64,000 nt of DNA from positions 608,001 to 672,000 of the forward strand of contig CAWIAD010000001.1 in the NCBI GenBank assembly GCA_963833985.1. The letters run 5' to 3'. This DNA comes from an uncultured Planctomycetaceae bacterium (GTDB lineage Bacteria > Planctomycetota > Planctomycetia > Isosphaerales > Isosphaeraceae). Of this stretch, positions 23,027 through 33,514 are shown piece after piece. The number at the start of each line of letters is the position of its first letter. Within the stretch, counting starts at the first letter, position 1. The position numbers and the translations under genes were made by a program. The notes beneath the pieces are model-generated. The model made no database searches. It was given only the letters and a program-made list of their open reading frames with translations, and was not told the DNA's origin.

Positions 23027-23782
23027 GTGGCAAGGTTGCTTGTCAGCGTCCGATCCGCCAATGAAGCGGTTGCCGCATTCCAGGGCGGCGCCGCGATCAT
23101 CGATATCAAGGAACCGGATCACGGCTCGCTCGGCCGAGCCCCCTGGTCCGTCTGGCGTGCCGTGCGGAAGGTGGTCCCCACGGCAATCCCGCTCAGCGTG
23201 GCTCTGGGCGAGCTTCCCGAGTGGCTCTCGCACGACCGCTGCACTGTGCCCGCCAACGCCTGGACGGGCATCTCCTACCGCAAGCTTGGGCTCGCCGGCA
23301 GCGGACCCGACTGGCGGCAGGACTGGCGGTGTGTCAGGGCCCTGCTCGGTGACGAGGCTGGGCCTCCGTGGATTGCTGTCATCTATGCCGACTGGCAGAT
23401 GGCCTCCGCGCCGGACCCGCAAGCCGTCCTGCTCGAGGCTCTCGATGACGCGCGCATGGCAGGCGTTCTGCTTGACACCTCGGACAAGACCCGGCCCATC
23501 CGGATCGATGACCGCTGGGTCAAACTCATCGAACAGGTCCGCCGGGCCGGCAAGCTCATGGCCCTGGCGGGCGGACTGGATGTTGAGTCCATCAGCCGGC
23601 TGGGCCCCCTCGCTCCGGACATCATCGCCGTCCGGGGCGCGGCGTGCCGCGACGGCAACCGCCGTGCGGAGGTTGATCCGCGCCGGGTTGCCGCACTGGC
23701 TCGGATGGTGAGCGCAGGGAACTGCGATCAGCCGCCGACATCGAATGCGACGCCTTGTGCCAGCGGCAGGTCCGCGCCGTAG
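23027..23782 (+). CDS. mfnB: (5-formylfuran-3-yl)methyl phosphate synthase (4-HFC-P synthase family)
   Basis: LLVSVRSANEA...GGAAIIDIKEP..GSLG, SVALGE, LLDTSDK, ALAGGL, PDIIAVRGAAC. Confidence 0.88.
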   Translation: MARLLVSVRSANEAVAAFQGGAAIIDIKEPDHGSLGRAPWSVWRAVRKVVPTAIPLSVALGELPEWLSHDRCTVPANAWTGISYRKLGLAGSGPDWRQDWRCVRALLGDEAGPPWIAVIYADWQMASAPDPQAVLLEALDDARMAGVLLDTSDKTRPIRIDDRWVKLIEQVRRAGKLMALAGGLDVESISRLGPLAPDIIAVRGAACRDGNRRAEVDPRRVAALARMVSAGNCDQPPTSNATPCASGRSAP

Positions 23783-25251
23783 TTGATGGTGCAGGTTTGC
23801 CGGCGCATGTAGGTCTTCCAGGCGTCCGAGCCCGCCTCGCGGCCGCCTCCCGTGGCCTTCTCGCCGCCGAAGGCTCCGCCGATCTCGGCTCCTGATGTGC
23901 CGATGTTCACATTGGCAATACCGCAATCAGATCCCACGGGCGAGAGGAACAGCTCGGACTCGCGCAGGTCTCTCGTGAAGATGGCCGACGCCAGGCCCTG
24001 CTCCACGCCGTTCTGCATGGCTATGGCCTCGTCGATCCGCGCATACCTGATCACGTAGAGGATGGGAGCGAAGGTTTCCTGTCCCACGATGGGCATATCC
24101 GGCCTTGCCCGCACGATCGCGGGCTCGACGAAGTACCCGGGCCGGTCGAGCCGGCCACCGCCGCAGAGGACCTCGCCTCCCTGGCTCACGGCTGCGGTCA
24201 GCGACGCGTGCATCTGGTCGACGGCGGATGCGTGAATCAAGGGACCGACGAGCATGCCGTTCTCCCAGGGGTCACCGATCCTCAGGCTTCGGTATGCGGC
24301 GACCAGGCGTGCCACGAAGGCGTCGTGCAGCGAGTCGTGGACGATGAGTCGGCGGGCCGTGGTGCAGCGCTGGCCGGCCGTGCCCACCGCCGCGAAGACC
24401 GTCCCTCGCACGGCCAGCTCCAGATCGGCACTCTGCGTGACGATCACCGCGTTGTTGCCGCCGAGTTCCAGCAGTGTCCGTCCCAGCCGTCCGGCGACGA
24501 CCTCGGCCACGCGCCGGCCCATCCGGCAGCTTCCCGTAGCCGAGATCAGGGGCACTCGAGGGTCAGCCGCCATCCGCTCGCCGACCTCCTCCGCATCGCC
24601 GACGCAGAGGCCGAAGACGCCCGGATGGCCATGCTCCGCGGCGAGGCGGCCGACGATGCGCTGGATGGCCACGGCCGTCAGAGGGGCCAGCGGCGACGGC
24701 TTCCAGATCATGGTGTTGCCGCAGACCGCCGCGATCATGGCGTTCCAGGCCCAGACCGCGGCCGGGAAGTTGAACGCCGTGATGATGCCGATGGGCCCCA
24801 GGGGATGCCACTGCTCCATCATCCGGTGCCGCGGGCGCTCGCTGGCGATGGTCAGGCCGTGGAGCTGGCGCGACAGCCCCACGGCGAAGTCGCACATGTC
24901 GATCATCTCCTGGACCTCGCCCTCACCCTCGGAGCGGATCTTGCCGGTCTCCAGGGTGATGAGCAAGCCCAGGTCGGCCTTCTGCTCGCGCAAGGCCAGG
25001 CCGATCTGCCGCACCAGCTCGCCGCGCACCGGTGGGGGGATCGTGCGCCAGGCCTGAAAGGCGGCGATGGCTTGATCGACGACTCGATCATAGGTTCCCG
25101 CGGTCGCCATCACGACCCTGCCCAGCGCCTGGCCGGTTGCCGGATTGATCGACGCCAGCTCGCGGCCGCCGGGATCATCGACCCACGAGCCGCCGTGGGC
25201 GCCGCTCTGGATCTGCTGGAGGCCGAGCCGCTGGAACAAATCTTCGGTCAT
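23728..25251 (-). CDS. Aldehyde dehydrogenase, ALDH7 / aminoadipate-semialdehyde dehydrogenase-like
   Basis: GEVQEMIDMCDFAVGLSRQL, TAFNFP, LELGGNNA, AGQRCTT, GTSGAEIGGAFGGEK. Confidence 0.93.
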   Translation of the reverse strand: MTEDLFQRLGLQQIQSGAHGGSWVDDPGGRELASINPATGQALGRVVMATAGTYDRVVDQAIAAFQAWRTIPPPVRGELVRQIGLALREQKADLGLLITLETGKIRSEGEGEVQEMIDMCDFAVGLSRQLHGLTIASERPRHRMMEQWHPLGPIGIITAFNFPAAVWAWNAMIAAVCGNTMIWKPSPLAPLTAVAIQRIVGRLAAEHGHPGVFGLCVGDAEEVGERMAADPRVPLISATGSCRMGRRVAEVVAGRLGRTLLELGGNNAVIVTQSADLELAVRGTVFAAVGTAGQRCTTARRLIVHDSLHDAFVARLVAAYRSLRIGDPWENGMLVGPLIHASAVDQMHASLTAAVSQGGEVLCGGGRLDRPGYFVEPAIVRARPDMPIVGQETFAPILYVIRYARIDEAIAMQNGVEQGLASAIFTRDLRESELFLSPVGSDCGIANVNIGTSGAEIGGAFGGEKATGGGREAGSDAWKTYMRRQTCTINYGADLPLAQGVAFDVGG

Positions 25252-25373
25252 GAGCTTCCCCGAGAGGTACGGTCCGTGTTCGTCGCCCGATCCCGGGGAA
25301 TTCTACAGCCGACGGCGCCAGGCGGAAACCGGCAATTTGCGTCCCCTGATTCGACCTGGGACGCGGGCAGGGA

Positions 25374-26744
25374 TCAATATCCCCCGCTGACGTTCCACCA
25401 ATCGGGCTGCTTGTAGAGGTGACGGACAAAGGGTTGAAAATCCTCGGTGGTTTTTCTGCCGTCGCGTTCCAGCTCGACCTTCACCGGCACTCGAAGCGAT
25501 TCGGTGCGCCGATCCGCAGTGGGCTTGCCGACGGAGACGACGCGGAGGATTTTCCTTCCTGCGAATTGCTTCCGGACGACCTCCGCCGGAAGCCCGCCGA
25601 GGATCGAACCGGCTTTTTCGTAATCCTGGGCGATGAGCGCCTCGTAGAACTCCCGGGCCGCCTTGATCGCGATCTCCTCGTCGCTGAGATCACCTCTGGG
25701 CAGGCCGAACTGGCGGCTGATCTGGTCCACGACGATCACGTCCCCGGGCAGGTCGAGCTGGAAGACCTTGGGGTCGATTTCCTGGTTATACTGGAGGTAT
25801 TCGCGCAGCTTGATTCGTTCCCAGCGGCTGTCCTGCTGCCGGAAGTCGGCCACGCGCTGCACCAGTTTTGTCGCCGGATCGACCTCGTACACTTCGCGTC
25901 GATCGGGCATGTCCCGGGAAGTGACCGTCAGCGTGATCGGCTCCCCTTGCCGGGTTGGTTCTTCTGTCTCCACCTGAACCCTGCCGGCCTTCCGCTGTGT
26001 TTGCAGCTCCTCAAATGCCAGCTTCGGGTCGAAGGCTGCGCGCCCTATCTTGAAACTTCTGTCCAGAGATGCTCGCCCTTTCATGAGGCTGTTCAGGGCT
26101 TCCGCGTCACGGCAAATGAGCCGGCAGTTCTTCCATTTGAACCAGACCTCGGCCCTGTCTCCCGAGATGATGGTGGTCTTGGGGCCGTCCTCGGTGAGCG
26201 GGAAGTCCAGGCGAATTCGCGTGGCCGCACCGTTGGCGTCGAACTGGATCCAGGCTTCTGACAGGCCATAGATGGTCGGAGTGATCTTGATGTGGCAGCT
26301 TCGGATCTTGTCATTGGCCCGGGCCGTCTGCTCGAGCGCGTAGACGGCGGGAGATGAGAAGAGCAGGGCGTAGCAGGCAAGACTAGCCGCCAGGGCCAGC
26401 ACTGCCGCTGTCGAGGCACACGCGCGTTTGTGGGAACGGATCATGAGTCGAGTCCTTTCGAGAAAACCGTGATTCGCCCCGGCGAGATCACGGGGAGATC
26501 TGGCCTGCCTGACCGGAAGGTTATCGAGTACTGAAGCCGCGCCAGGCGCAAGGTTGCACGCCAGCGAGGCGAAGCCGACCCGGACCTGCTGCTCTTCCGC
26601 CCGAAGGGCGTCCCGGAGACGCCGGCAACCGATGCAGACGGCCAGATGGTCACGCAGCTCACGGGCAGCCGGAACGTCCAGCTCGCCCAGGGTGAGCGCG
26701 ACGAGGTTCTCCAATCGGTCCTTGCACTCTGTTGCAGCGCTCAC
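25374..26744 (-). CDS. zf-HC2 anti-sigma factor with TM segment and large extracytoplasmic region
   Basis: HLAVCIGC (HxxxCxxC); TM AAVLALAASLACYALLF; GTG start overlaps the sigma gene's TGA (GTGA). Confidence 0.85.
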   Translation of the reverse strand: MSAATECKDRLENLVALTLGELDVPAARELRDHLAVCIGCRRLRDALRAEEQQVRVGFASLACNLAPGAASVLDNLPVRQARSPRDLAGANHGFLERTRLMIRSHKRACASTAAVLALAASLACYALLFSSPAVYALEQTARANDKIRSCHIKITPTIYGLSEAWIQFDANGAATRIRLDFPLTEDGPKTTIISGDRAEVWFKWKNCRLICRDAEALNSLMKGRASLDRSFKIGRAAFDPKLAFEELQTQRKAGRVQVETEEPTRQGEPITLTVTSRDMPDRREVYEVDPATKLVQRVADFRQQDSRWERIKLREYLQYNQEIDPKVFQLDLPGDVIVVDQISRQFGLPRGDLSDEEIAIKAAREFYEALIAQDYEKAGSILGGLPAEVVRKQFAGRKILRVVSVGKPTADRRTESLRVPVKVELERDGRKTTEDFQPFVRHLYKQPDWWNVSGGY

Positions 26745-27256
26745 GGGCCTTCCTCGCGCAGAAGTTCGTGTAGCATCGTCCTGGCACGCACCAGGCGCTG
26801 CCTGACGGCGGCCTCGGTCGTTTTCAGTGAGACGGCGACTCGGGAGCAGTCGCGCCCATCGAGATAGTACAGGACAATGGCCTCGCGATAGCTCGGGGGG
26901 AGTTTCTGGATCGCGTTGTGAAGACGCTCGACCATCGCGTCCGCGGCCGGAGTGGCGGCCGCCGGCTCGTCCAGGAGCGGTTCGGTTTGCTTCCGTCTGC
27001 GGTAGAAGTCGACGCACTTCCGACGTGCAAGCTGCAAGAGCCAGGCGCGGGCGCGTGCGGGTTCTCGCAAGCCGGAAAATTTCGCCGTCGCGTTCAGAAA
27101 GACAGATTGCATGACGTCTTCGGCGTCATGGTGGTTCCTCGTATTGGCAAGGCATACGGCGAACACGCCTTCCTGGTGAAGGCGGAACAGGTCTCCCGGA
27201 GTCATCCCCTGGGGGGCCTCGTTCCGCGGATCGGTCCTGCCCTGCTTCGATCTCAT
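26741..27256 (-). CDS. ECF RNA polymerase sigma factor
   Basis: DAEDVMQSVFL, AWLLQLARRKCVDFYRR, YREAIVLYY, EAAVRQRLVRAR. Confidence 0.92.
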   Translation of the reverse strand: MRSKQGRTDPRNEAPQGMTPGDLFRLHQEGVFAVCLANTRNHHDAEDVMQSVFLNATAKFSGLREPARARAWLLQLARRKCVDFYRRRKQTEPLLDEPAAATPAADAMVERLHNAIQKLPPSYREAIVLYYLDGRDCSRVAVSLKTTEAAVRQRLVRARTMLHELLREEGP

Positions 27257-27456
27257 GGGTTCCACCCAAGGAACAAGACGCGGCGTGAGTCGGAAAAGTG
27301 ACATGCGCCAGAATCTTCGGGGAGCGGCAAGCGGCAGCCGGAAGGTAACGCATTCTCCCCGGGAGCGAAAGCGGGTCCACCCTGTGTTGATTGCCGGGAC
27401 GAGGTCACGGACAATACGTCTTCGAGCAGGGGGAGTTGTCGCACTGCGAGGCATTG

Positions 27457-28761
27457 ATGCGACTGCGGTTCCGGCGAAATCAGGGGGTTCCAGCGCGGCA
27501 GGGCGTTCTGTCCTTCGCCGAGCGCTTGCGGCGCCGCGAGCGCTGGTTCAAGGGGGCCATCGTCGCCGGCACCCTGGTGGTCATGACCGCGCTGGTGGCG
27601 GCGTCGCCACGCGGGCGATACCTGGCTGTCAGCCTGGCCGACAAGTCGCGTCAGCTCGCGTGGCAGGCGGTCGGAGTGCCCCCAGACCGTGCGCAGATCG
27701 ACGCCGAATGGGCCAGATACCGGCAGCAAGGCATTGCCGACACCCTGCGCGAATTTCGCAAGGTCTATGCTGATATCGATGCGCCGTTGCGGAAATTGAT
27801 GAGCTACGCCGGCAACGACCCGGAGACCGGCATCCTGCGATGGGGCAATTTCTCAAGGACCCTGCTCCTGCCCTCGACGGTGTTCGAGCCCGACGATAGC
27901 GGCCGCTCCTACCGCCTGCGGCCGAACACCCGCGCGGTCTGGCTGCGAAACCTGACGATCCAGCGCATTCCACTCACGTTCTTCCTCGTTCCCGATGGTC
28001 CCGGGCTCGATGAAGCCATGCGCGGGACCACGGCCATTCGCGTGCCGGGCTCGGAACAGACGACCAACTCGTGGGGCCTGCGCGGGCCCGAGCCGGACCC
28101 CTCCGCGCCGTTGCGGGGTATCGTACTGGGCGACTCGTTCATGCAAGGGCTCTTCATCGACGATGCCCACACGCCTCCGGAGTGCCTGCGGAGATACCTG
28201 GAAACAAGACGCAAGACCAGGGCCTCCCTGTTGAACACGGGCGTTCTGGGCTATTCCCCGGAGCAGGAATATCACACCCTGCGCACGTTCTGCGAGCGCT
28301 TCCGGCCCCAGTTCGTCGTGCTCAGCCTCTTCGCCAATGACTTCGGCGACGTCTTCGAGGTCGCCGGCGGCAAGGGAGACTGGGACGAGGGCAAGTACTG
28401 GCTGGGGCAGATCACGCAGTATTGCCGCGGCCAGAGCATTCTCTTGATCACGGTTCCAGCCCCGCTGGAAAGCCAGTTGAACGCACGGCGGTTCGCGGGC
28501 AACTACCCGGGACAGGTCTCGAACATCCTGGAGTCCTCGGGCATCGAGTATCTCGACCCGATCGAGAGCTTTGTCAATGAGCACCTGGCGCTCCTGATCA
28601 CCCGCACCCGCACAGGAAATCGCCCGCAGACCAGTCCGCTGTTCAACGGTGTGATCGGCGACGGGCATTTCTCGGTACTGGGCTCGGAGCTGTGGGCCCG
28701 GGTGGTGGGTGAGCGACTGGTGCTGCTGTTCGAGAAGGCACAACTTCCCGCTACCCCGTGA
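27457..28761 (+). CDS. Membrane-anchored SGNH/GDSL-like protein, paralog 1
   Basis: N-terminal TM; TNSWGLRG, LGDSFMQG, GYSP, FAND, GDGHFS. Confidence 0.85.
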   Translation: MRLRFRRNQGVPARQGVLSFAERLRRRERWFKGAIVAGTLVVMTALVAASPRGRYLAVSLADKSRQLAWQAVGVPPDRAQIDAEWARYRQQGIADTLREFRKVYADIDAPLRKLMSYAGNDPETGILRWGNFSRTLLLPSTVFEPDDSGRSYRLRPNTRAVWLRNLTIQRIPLTFFLVPDGPGLDEAMRGTTAIRVPGSEQTTNSWGLRGPEPDPSAPLRGIVLGDSFMQGLFIDDAHTPPECLRRYLETRRKTRASLLNTGVLGYSPEQEYHTLRTFCERFRPQFVVLSLFANDFGDVFEVAGGKGDWDEGKYWLGQITQYCRGQSILLITVPAPLESQLNARRFAGNYPGQVSNILESSGIEYLDPIESFVNEHLALLITRTRTGNRPQTSPLFNGVIGDGHFSVLGSELWARVVGERLVLLFEKAQLPATP

Positions 28762-30263
28762 GCCCGAGGCCACGCATGAGCCGGAGACCCGCAGTCACCT
28801 GGGGAAGCGTGAGCCGCCGAAGGCTCGCGTCGCGCTGGCGCCGCTTCCTGCAACGGCCTGGCTGGCTGGGCGGGAAGCAAAGCCTGCCCAGGCCGATCCA
28901 GCGCACCTTCGCCTTTCTGGAGCGATCGCAACGGTTGGCCCGGCGGTTCAAGGCTGCCATCCTGCTGGCAACGGCCGCCATCATCGCAGTCACCCTGGCG
29001 GCGTCGCCCACAGGACGGTACGCGGCAGGATGGACGGCAACGAGGGTACGGTGGTCGGCGATCCAGGCGCTGGGATTGCCCCTTGACCGCTCGGAGATCG
29101 AAGCCGACTGGCAGCGCAGGCGGCTGCACGACATCGAGCAGACCCGCGGCAAGCTGCGCTCCATCTACGCAGAGTACGACCCACCCATGCGAAGTTTGCT
29201 GGATTACGCAGGCCTGGACCCCGATCACGCCCTGCTCCGCTGGGGAAACTTCGACAAGACGTTGTACTTGCCCTCCACGGTCTTCCTGCCCGACGACACG
29301 GGCCGATCGTACCGCTTCCGGCCGCACACGCGGTCGATCTGGATACGCAACCTCAAGCTCAAGGGTGGTATCCTGGCGTACTTCCCGGTCCCGCTGGGAT
29401 CCCAGCTCGATGCACTTGTGCAAGGCACGGGAGCGCTCGTCGTCTCGTCGTCCGTGCAGACGACCAGTTCCTGGGGCCTGCGGGGACCCGAGCCCGATCT
29501 GCAAGCGCCGTTGCGGGGCATCATCCTCGGGGATTCGTACATGCAGGGCCTGTTTGTCGGCGACGACCAGACACCTTGCGAGTGCCTGAAGCGCGAGCTC
29601 TCGCAGGCCCTGAAAACCCGCGTCGAGATCCTCAACACGGGACATCTGGGTTATTCGCCGGAGCAGGAGTATCACACCCTGCGGGAGTATTGCGAGCGGT
29701 TCCGGCCGCGGTTCGTGGTGCTCAGCCTGTTCGCCAACGACTTTGGCGACCTGTTCGAAGTCCTCGAGGGAAAAGGGGACTGGGACGAAGGGCGGTACTG
29801 GCTGGGGCAGATCACGCAGTACTGCCGCACCAAGGAAATCCTCTGTCTGGCCGTCCCCGCGCCCTGGATCAACCAGCTCCAGGGCGATCGCAGGGCGGGG
29901 TTCTATCCGGGCAAGGTGTCGAACATCCTGGAATCCACGGGCCAGGCCTACCTCGACCCATTCGAGGCGTTCGCCACCGAGTTGTTACGGCTCACGGACG
30001 AGCGGCAACGGCAAGGGAAGCCGATCGCTCCCAATCCGCTGTTCAACGGAGTGCTTGGCGATGGACATTTCTCTCCCGCCGGTTGCGAGCTCTGGGCGCG
30101 GACGGTCGCCACACGGCTGGAACTCCTGCTCGGCGAGCTGCCGGCCCAGACGTCGACCCGGAACCGGGTCGGCCGGATTGGAAGCTCTGCACAGGACGGC
30201 GAGACTCAAGATCCCGTGCAATTCCACGCCCAAAACGATAGGATCCAGGTGTCGCAAGAATAG
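28758..30263 (+). CDS. Membrane-anchored SGNH/GDSL-like protein, paralog 2
   Basis: Same motif order as upstream gene: LGDSYMQG, GYSP, FAND, GDGHFS; GTGA overlap with paralog 1. Confidence 0.85.
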   Translation: MSPRPRMSRRPAVTWGSVSRRRLASRWRRFLQRPGWLGGKQSLPRPIQRTFAFLERSQRLARRFKAAILLATAAIIAVTLAASPTGRYAAGWTATRVRWSAIQALGLPLDRSEIEADWQRRRLHDIEQTRGKLRSIYAEYDPPMRSLLDYAGLDPDHALLRWGNFDKTLYLPSTVFLPDDTGRSYRFRPHTRSIWIRNLKLKGGILAYFPVPLGSQLDALVQGTGALVVSSSVQTTSSWGLRGPEPDLQAPLRGIILGDSYMQGLFVGDDQTPCECLKRELSQALKTRVEILNTGHLGYSPEQEYHTLREYCERFRPRFVVLSLFANDFGDLFEVLEGKGDWDEGRYWLGQITQYCRTKEILCLAVPAPWINQLQGDRRAGFYPGKVSNILESTGQAYLDPFEAFATELLRLTDERQRQGKPIAPNPLFNGVLGDGHFSPAGCELWARTVATRLELLLGELPAQTSTRNRVGRIGSSAQDGETQDPVQFHAQNDRIQVSQE

Positions 30264-30273
30264 GGAGCAGCCC

Positions 30274-30897
30274 ATGTCCACGGCAGCCAGTCGAGTTCGG
30301 TTCGCGCCGGAAGAGTACCTGGCGATCGAGCGTCAGTCCGAAGTGCGGCACGAATACTACCGGGGCGAACTCTTCGCCATGTCCGGGGCCAGCCGCGAGC
30401 ACAACCTGATCGCGGGGAATGTCTCCGGCGAGATACGCAACCAGATACTTGACCGCCCCTGCGAGTCCTACGCGAGCGACATGAGAGTGTGGATCAAGGC
30501 GACGGGGCTGTACACATATCCCGACGTCGTGGTGGTCTGCGGGGAGCCGAGGTTCCAGGATCGCGAGGTCGATACGCTGCTCAACCCGACGGTCATCATT
30601 GAAGTCTTGTCGTCCAGCACGGAGAAGTACGACCGAGGAGCGAAATTCCGGCACTACCGGAGCGTCCCCTCGCTGCGCGAGTACGTTCTGGTGGCACAGG
30701 ACGAGATGCTCGTCGAACGCTTCACCCGCCGGGGAGACGACTGGTTGCTCTCGGTCATGACCGGGCCCGACCAGGCGCTGTCACTGGAATCGATCGAGTG
30801 CGAGATCCCGCTGAGCCGGGTTTACGCCAAGGTCGTCTTTCCCGAGCCGGGGGCAGCGGTTGCCAATCCAGACCAGCCGCCCCCGCGCCCGAAGTGA
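30274..30897 (+). CDS. Uma2 family (DUF820) PD-(D/E)XK-like protein
   Basis: EEYLAIER, HEYYRGELFAMSGAS, YPDVVVVC, IEVLSSSTEKYDRG; GGGAG SD upstream. Confidence 0.93.
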   Translation: MSTAASRVRFAPEEYLAIERQSEVRHEYYRGELFAMSGASREHNLIAGNVSGEIRNQILDRPCESYASDMRVWIKATGLYTYPDVVVVCGEPRFQDREVDTLLNPTVIIEVLSSSTEKYDRGAKFRHYRSVPSLREYVLVAQDEMLVERFTRRGDDWLLSVMTGPDQALSLESIECEIPLSRVYAKVVFPEPGAAVANPDQPPPRPK

Positions 30898-30913
30898 AGC
30901 ACGCGGATCGGCC

Positions 30914-32473
30914 TCAATCCAGCTCGAGCAGGACGACCGACTTCGACGGCAGCACGGCCGTGAAGCCGTTGCCGGTCCGGGTGACCTCGCGGAACGGTCC
31001 GGGTTTGACATTCTCGGGCTCGTCGAACGTGTTGTGCGCCTGCATTTCCTGCGCGGTGAGCACGCGGCCGGTGATTGATTTTGCGCTGCCGCCCTTGAGC
31101 TCGCACTGCACCTCGGCCGGCGCGTTCGGGTTGAGGTTGCAGAGAGTGATGTGAATCTTGCCGGCCCTGTCGCGCGAGGCGGAGGCGGAAACCGCGGGAA
31201 TCTTGCGGTCGCCAAGCTGGTAATCCGCGCAGCTCAGCTCGGCGGGCAGGAGCGTGGCATCCTGGTGCGCGGCGTACATCTCGAACACGTGATACGTGGG
31301 CGTGAGCAACAGTCTCGCATTGTCGGTGAGGATCATCGCCTGGAGCACGTTCACGGTCTGGGCGATGTTGGCCATCCGCACCCGGTCGCAGTGCTGGTTG
31401 AAGATGTTCAGCGTGATGCCGGCGACGAGCGCATCGCGCAGCGTGTTCTGCTGGTAGAGGAAACCCGGGTTCGTACCGGGCTCAACCTGGTGCCACGCGC
31501 CCCATTCGTCAACCATGAGGGCCACCCGCTTCTCGGGATCGTACCGGTCCATGATCCGGGAATGCTGGGTGACGAGATCCTCCATGTGCAGGGCTTTCCG
31601 CAGCAGGGCGAACCAGTCGTCCTCGGCGAAGTGGGTCGACGAGCGGCTCTTTTCCCCGGTGCCGCAGTAGTAATGGAGCGCCAGTCCGGACATCCGCCGG
31701 CCGGCCTCGCGCATCAGCACCTCGGTCCAGTGATAGTCTTCCCGGTTGGGGCCGCAGGCAATCTTGAAGATGCGGTTGTCACCAAAGTTGCGCACGAAGG
31801 TCGCATACCGCCGATACTGGTCGGCGTAGTACTCGGCGGTCATCGATCCGCCGCAGCCCCAGTTCTCGTTGCCCACGCCAAAGTACTTCAGCTTCCAGGG
31901 CTGCTCACGACCGTTCTGCTTGCGCAGGTCGGTCATCGGGCTGACACCGTCTGAGGTCATGTACTCGACCCATTGCTGCATCTCGCGTACGGTGCCGCTG
32001 CCGACGTTGCCGCAGATGTACGGCTCACAGCCGAGTTGCTCGCAGAGATCGAAGAATTCGTGAGTTCCGAAGTGGTTGCTCTCGGTGACACCGCCCCAGT
32101 GGGTATTGATCATGCTGGGCCGCTTTTCCTTCGGGCCAATTCCGTCCATCCAGTGGTATTCGTCGGCGAAGCAGCCGCCCGGCCAGCGCAGCACGGGGAT
32201 CTTGGTTTTCTTGAGCGCCGCGACGACGTCGTTGCGAATGCCCCGAGAATTCGGGATGCTGCTGCTCTCGCCCACCCAGATGCCGCCGTAGATGCAATGA
32301 CCGAGATGCTCGGAGAAGTGGCCGTAGATATTGCGGTTGATCGTGTGCTGACCCTGGTCGGTATGGATCACCAGGCGGTTCTTCGGCTCGGAGGCGCCTC
32401 CGGACCGGACCGTGCCGACCAGCAGCAATAATGCCGAGAGGACGAACAGCCTTCGCCTGGAACTCTGGATCAT
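30914..32473 (-). CDS. Alpha-L-arabinofuranosidase, GH51, secreted
   Basis: Signal peptide; [46 protein letters not shown]. Confidence 0.95.
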   Translation of the reverse strand: MIQSSRRRLFVLSALLLLVGTVRSGGASEPKNRLVIHTDQGQHTINRNIYGHFSEHLGHCIYGGIWVGESSSIPNSRGIRNDVVAALKKTKIPVLRWPGGCFADEYHWMDGIGPKEKRPSMINTHWGGVTESNHFGTHEFFDLCEQLGCEPYICGNVGSGTVREMQQWVEYMTSDGVSPMTDLRKQNGREQPWKLKYFGVGNENWGCGGSMTAEYYADQYRRYATFVRNFGDNRIFKIACGPNREDYHWTEVLMREAGRRMSGLALHYYCGTGEKSRSSTHFAEDDWFALLRKALHMEDLVTQHSRIMDRYDPEKRVALMVDEWGAWHQVEPGTNPGFLYQQNTLRDALVAGITLNIFNQHCDRVRMANIAQTVNVLQAMILTDNARLLLTPTYHVFEMYAAHQDATLLPAELSCADYQLGDRKIPAVSASASRDRAGKIHITLCNLNPNAPAEVQCELKGGSAKSITGRVLTAQEMQAHNTFDEPENVKPGPFREVTRTGNGFTAVLPSKSVVLLELD

Positions 32474-32547
32474 CGTGCGTCTCCCAGCTTCGCGGTCCAC
32501 TTTCAGGGCACCAGGTGCGACACCGTTGCGGTTTGCCGAACGGAACT

Positions 32548-33477
32548 TCAAGAGCTCACGGGCCAGTGTAGCCAGCCCCTTCCCGGCGCCGGCGCCAGGT
32601 CGGTGCAGCTTTCCGGGTTCATGGCGGCAGCGGCGACGCGGAGGCTGGTCTCGAGCCGCGGGCCGGGCCTCGAGAACAGGGCCGAGCCGTCGGCGATGAA
32701 CACGGCGCCGTTGCGCACCGCGGGCAGATCGCGCCACTCGGGGCGATCCTCGACGGCCCTCAGCTCCAGTTCCGTCCGCTCCAGGTTGAAGCCGCAGGGA
32801 GCCACGATCACCACTTCGGGACGGCTTGCGGCCACCTGCTTCCAGGTGAGCCGGCGCGAGGGGATGCCGGTCTGACCAAGGACCTCCAGGCCCCCCGCGC
32901 GTTCGACGATCTCCGGGTTCCAGTGGCCGCAGGTGAAGGGAGGATCGAGCCACTCGAGCAGCAGCACGCGCCTCGGCGGCATGTCCCGCTCGCCAGAAGC
33001 CTTGCGGCGACGGGCGATCTCGCCCACGGTAAGCTTGAACCCGGCGATGATCGACCCGGCTTCCGAACGGCAGTCCAGCAGCTCGCCGACGCGGCGGAAC
33101 ATGGCGAAGACATCTTCGAGGTTCTGCGGATTGAAGCTGGCCACGCCGGGCGCGCAGGGCAGCCTGGTCGCGGCCTCACGCACGGTCTCCTCGTTGACCG
33201 CACAGACGTCGCACTGCTCCTGGGTGAGGATCAGGTCCGGAGCAAGACCCGCCAGGATCTCCTCGTCAAGGTCGTAGAGCCCGTCCTGCTGGCTGGAGAC
33301 CAGGGCGTCAATCTCGCTGCTCGGGACGTCGCTGGCGATCCGGCTGGTGGTCAGGAACGGCAGCGACTGCACTGCGGGCGGGTAATCGCACTCGTGGGTG
33401 ACGCCCACCAGCTCATGCTCGTGCCCGAGGGCGCAGACCAGCTCGGTGAGCGCGGGCAGCAGACTGACGATTCGCAC
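32548..33477 (-). CDS. Cobalamin/Fe-siderophore-type substrate-binding protein (BtuF-like)
   Basis: [52 protein letters not shown]. Confidence 0.88.
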   Translation of the reverse strand: MRIVSLLPALTELVCALGHEHELVGVTHECDYPPAVQSLPFLTTSRIASDVPSSEIDALVSSQQDGLYDLDEEILAGLAPDLILTQEQCDVCAVNEETVREAATRLPCAPGVASFNPQNLEDVFAMFRRVGELLDCRSEAGSIIAGFKLTVGEIARRRKASGERDMPPRRVLLLEWLDPPFTCGHWNPEIVERAGGLEVLGQTGIPSRRLTWKQVAASRPEVVIVAPCGFNLERTELELRAVEDRPEWRDLPAVRNGAVFIADGSALFSRPGPRLETSLRVAAAAMNPESCTDLAPAPGRGWLHWPVSS

Positions 33478-33514
33478 CTGAGGCTCCTCAGTTTTCCGCC
33501 TGTATCGAATGCCT

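Noticed and set aside
23728..23782. 55-nt convergent overlap of mfnB and ALDH
   Set aside because: Short tail overlaps are common in GC-rich genomes; no sign of function.
30274..30897. Uma2 gene as a defence nuclease
   Set aside because: Common multi-copy family, solitary here with no defence context.
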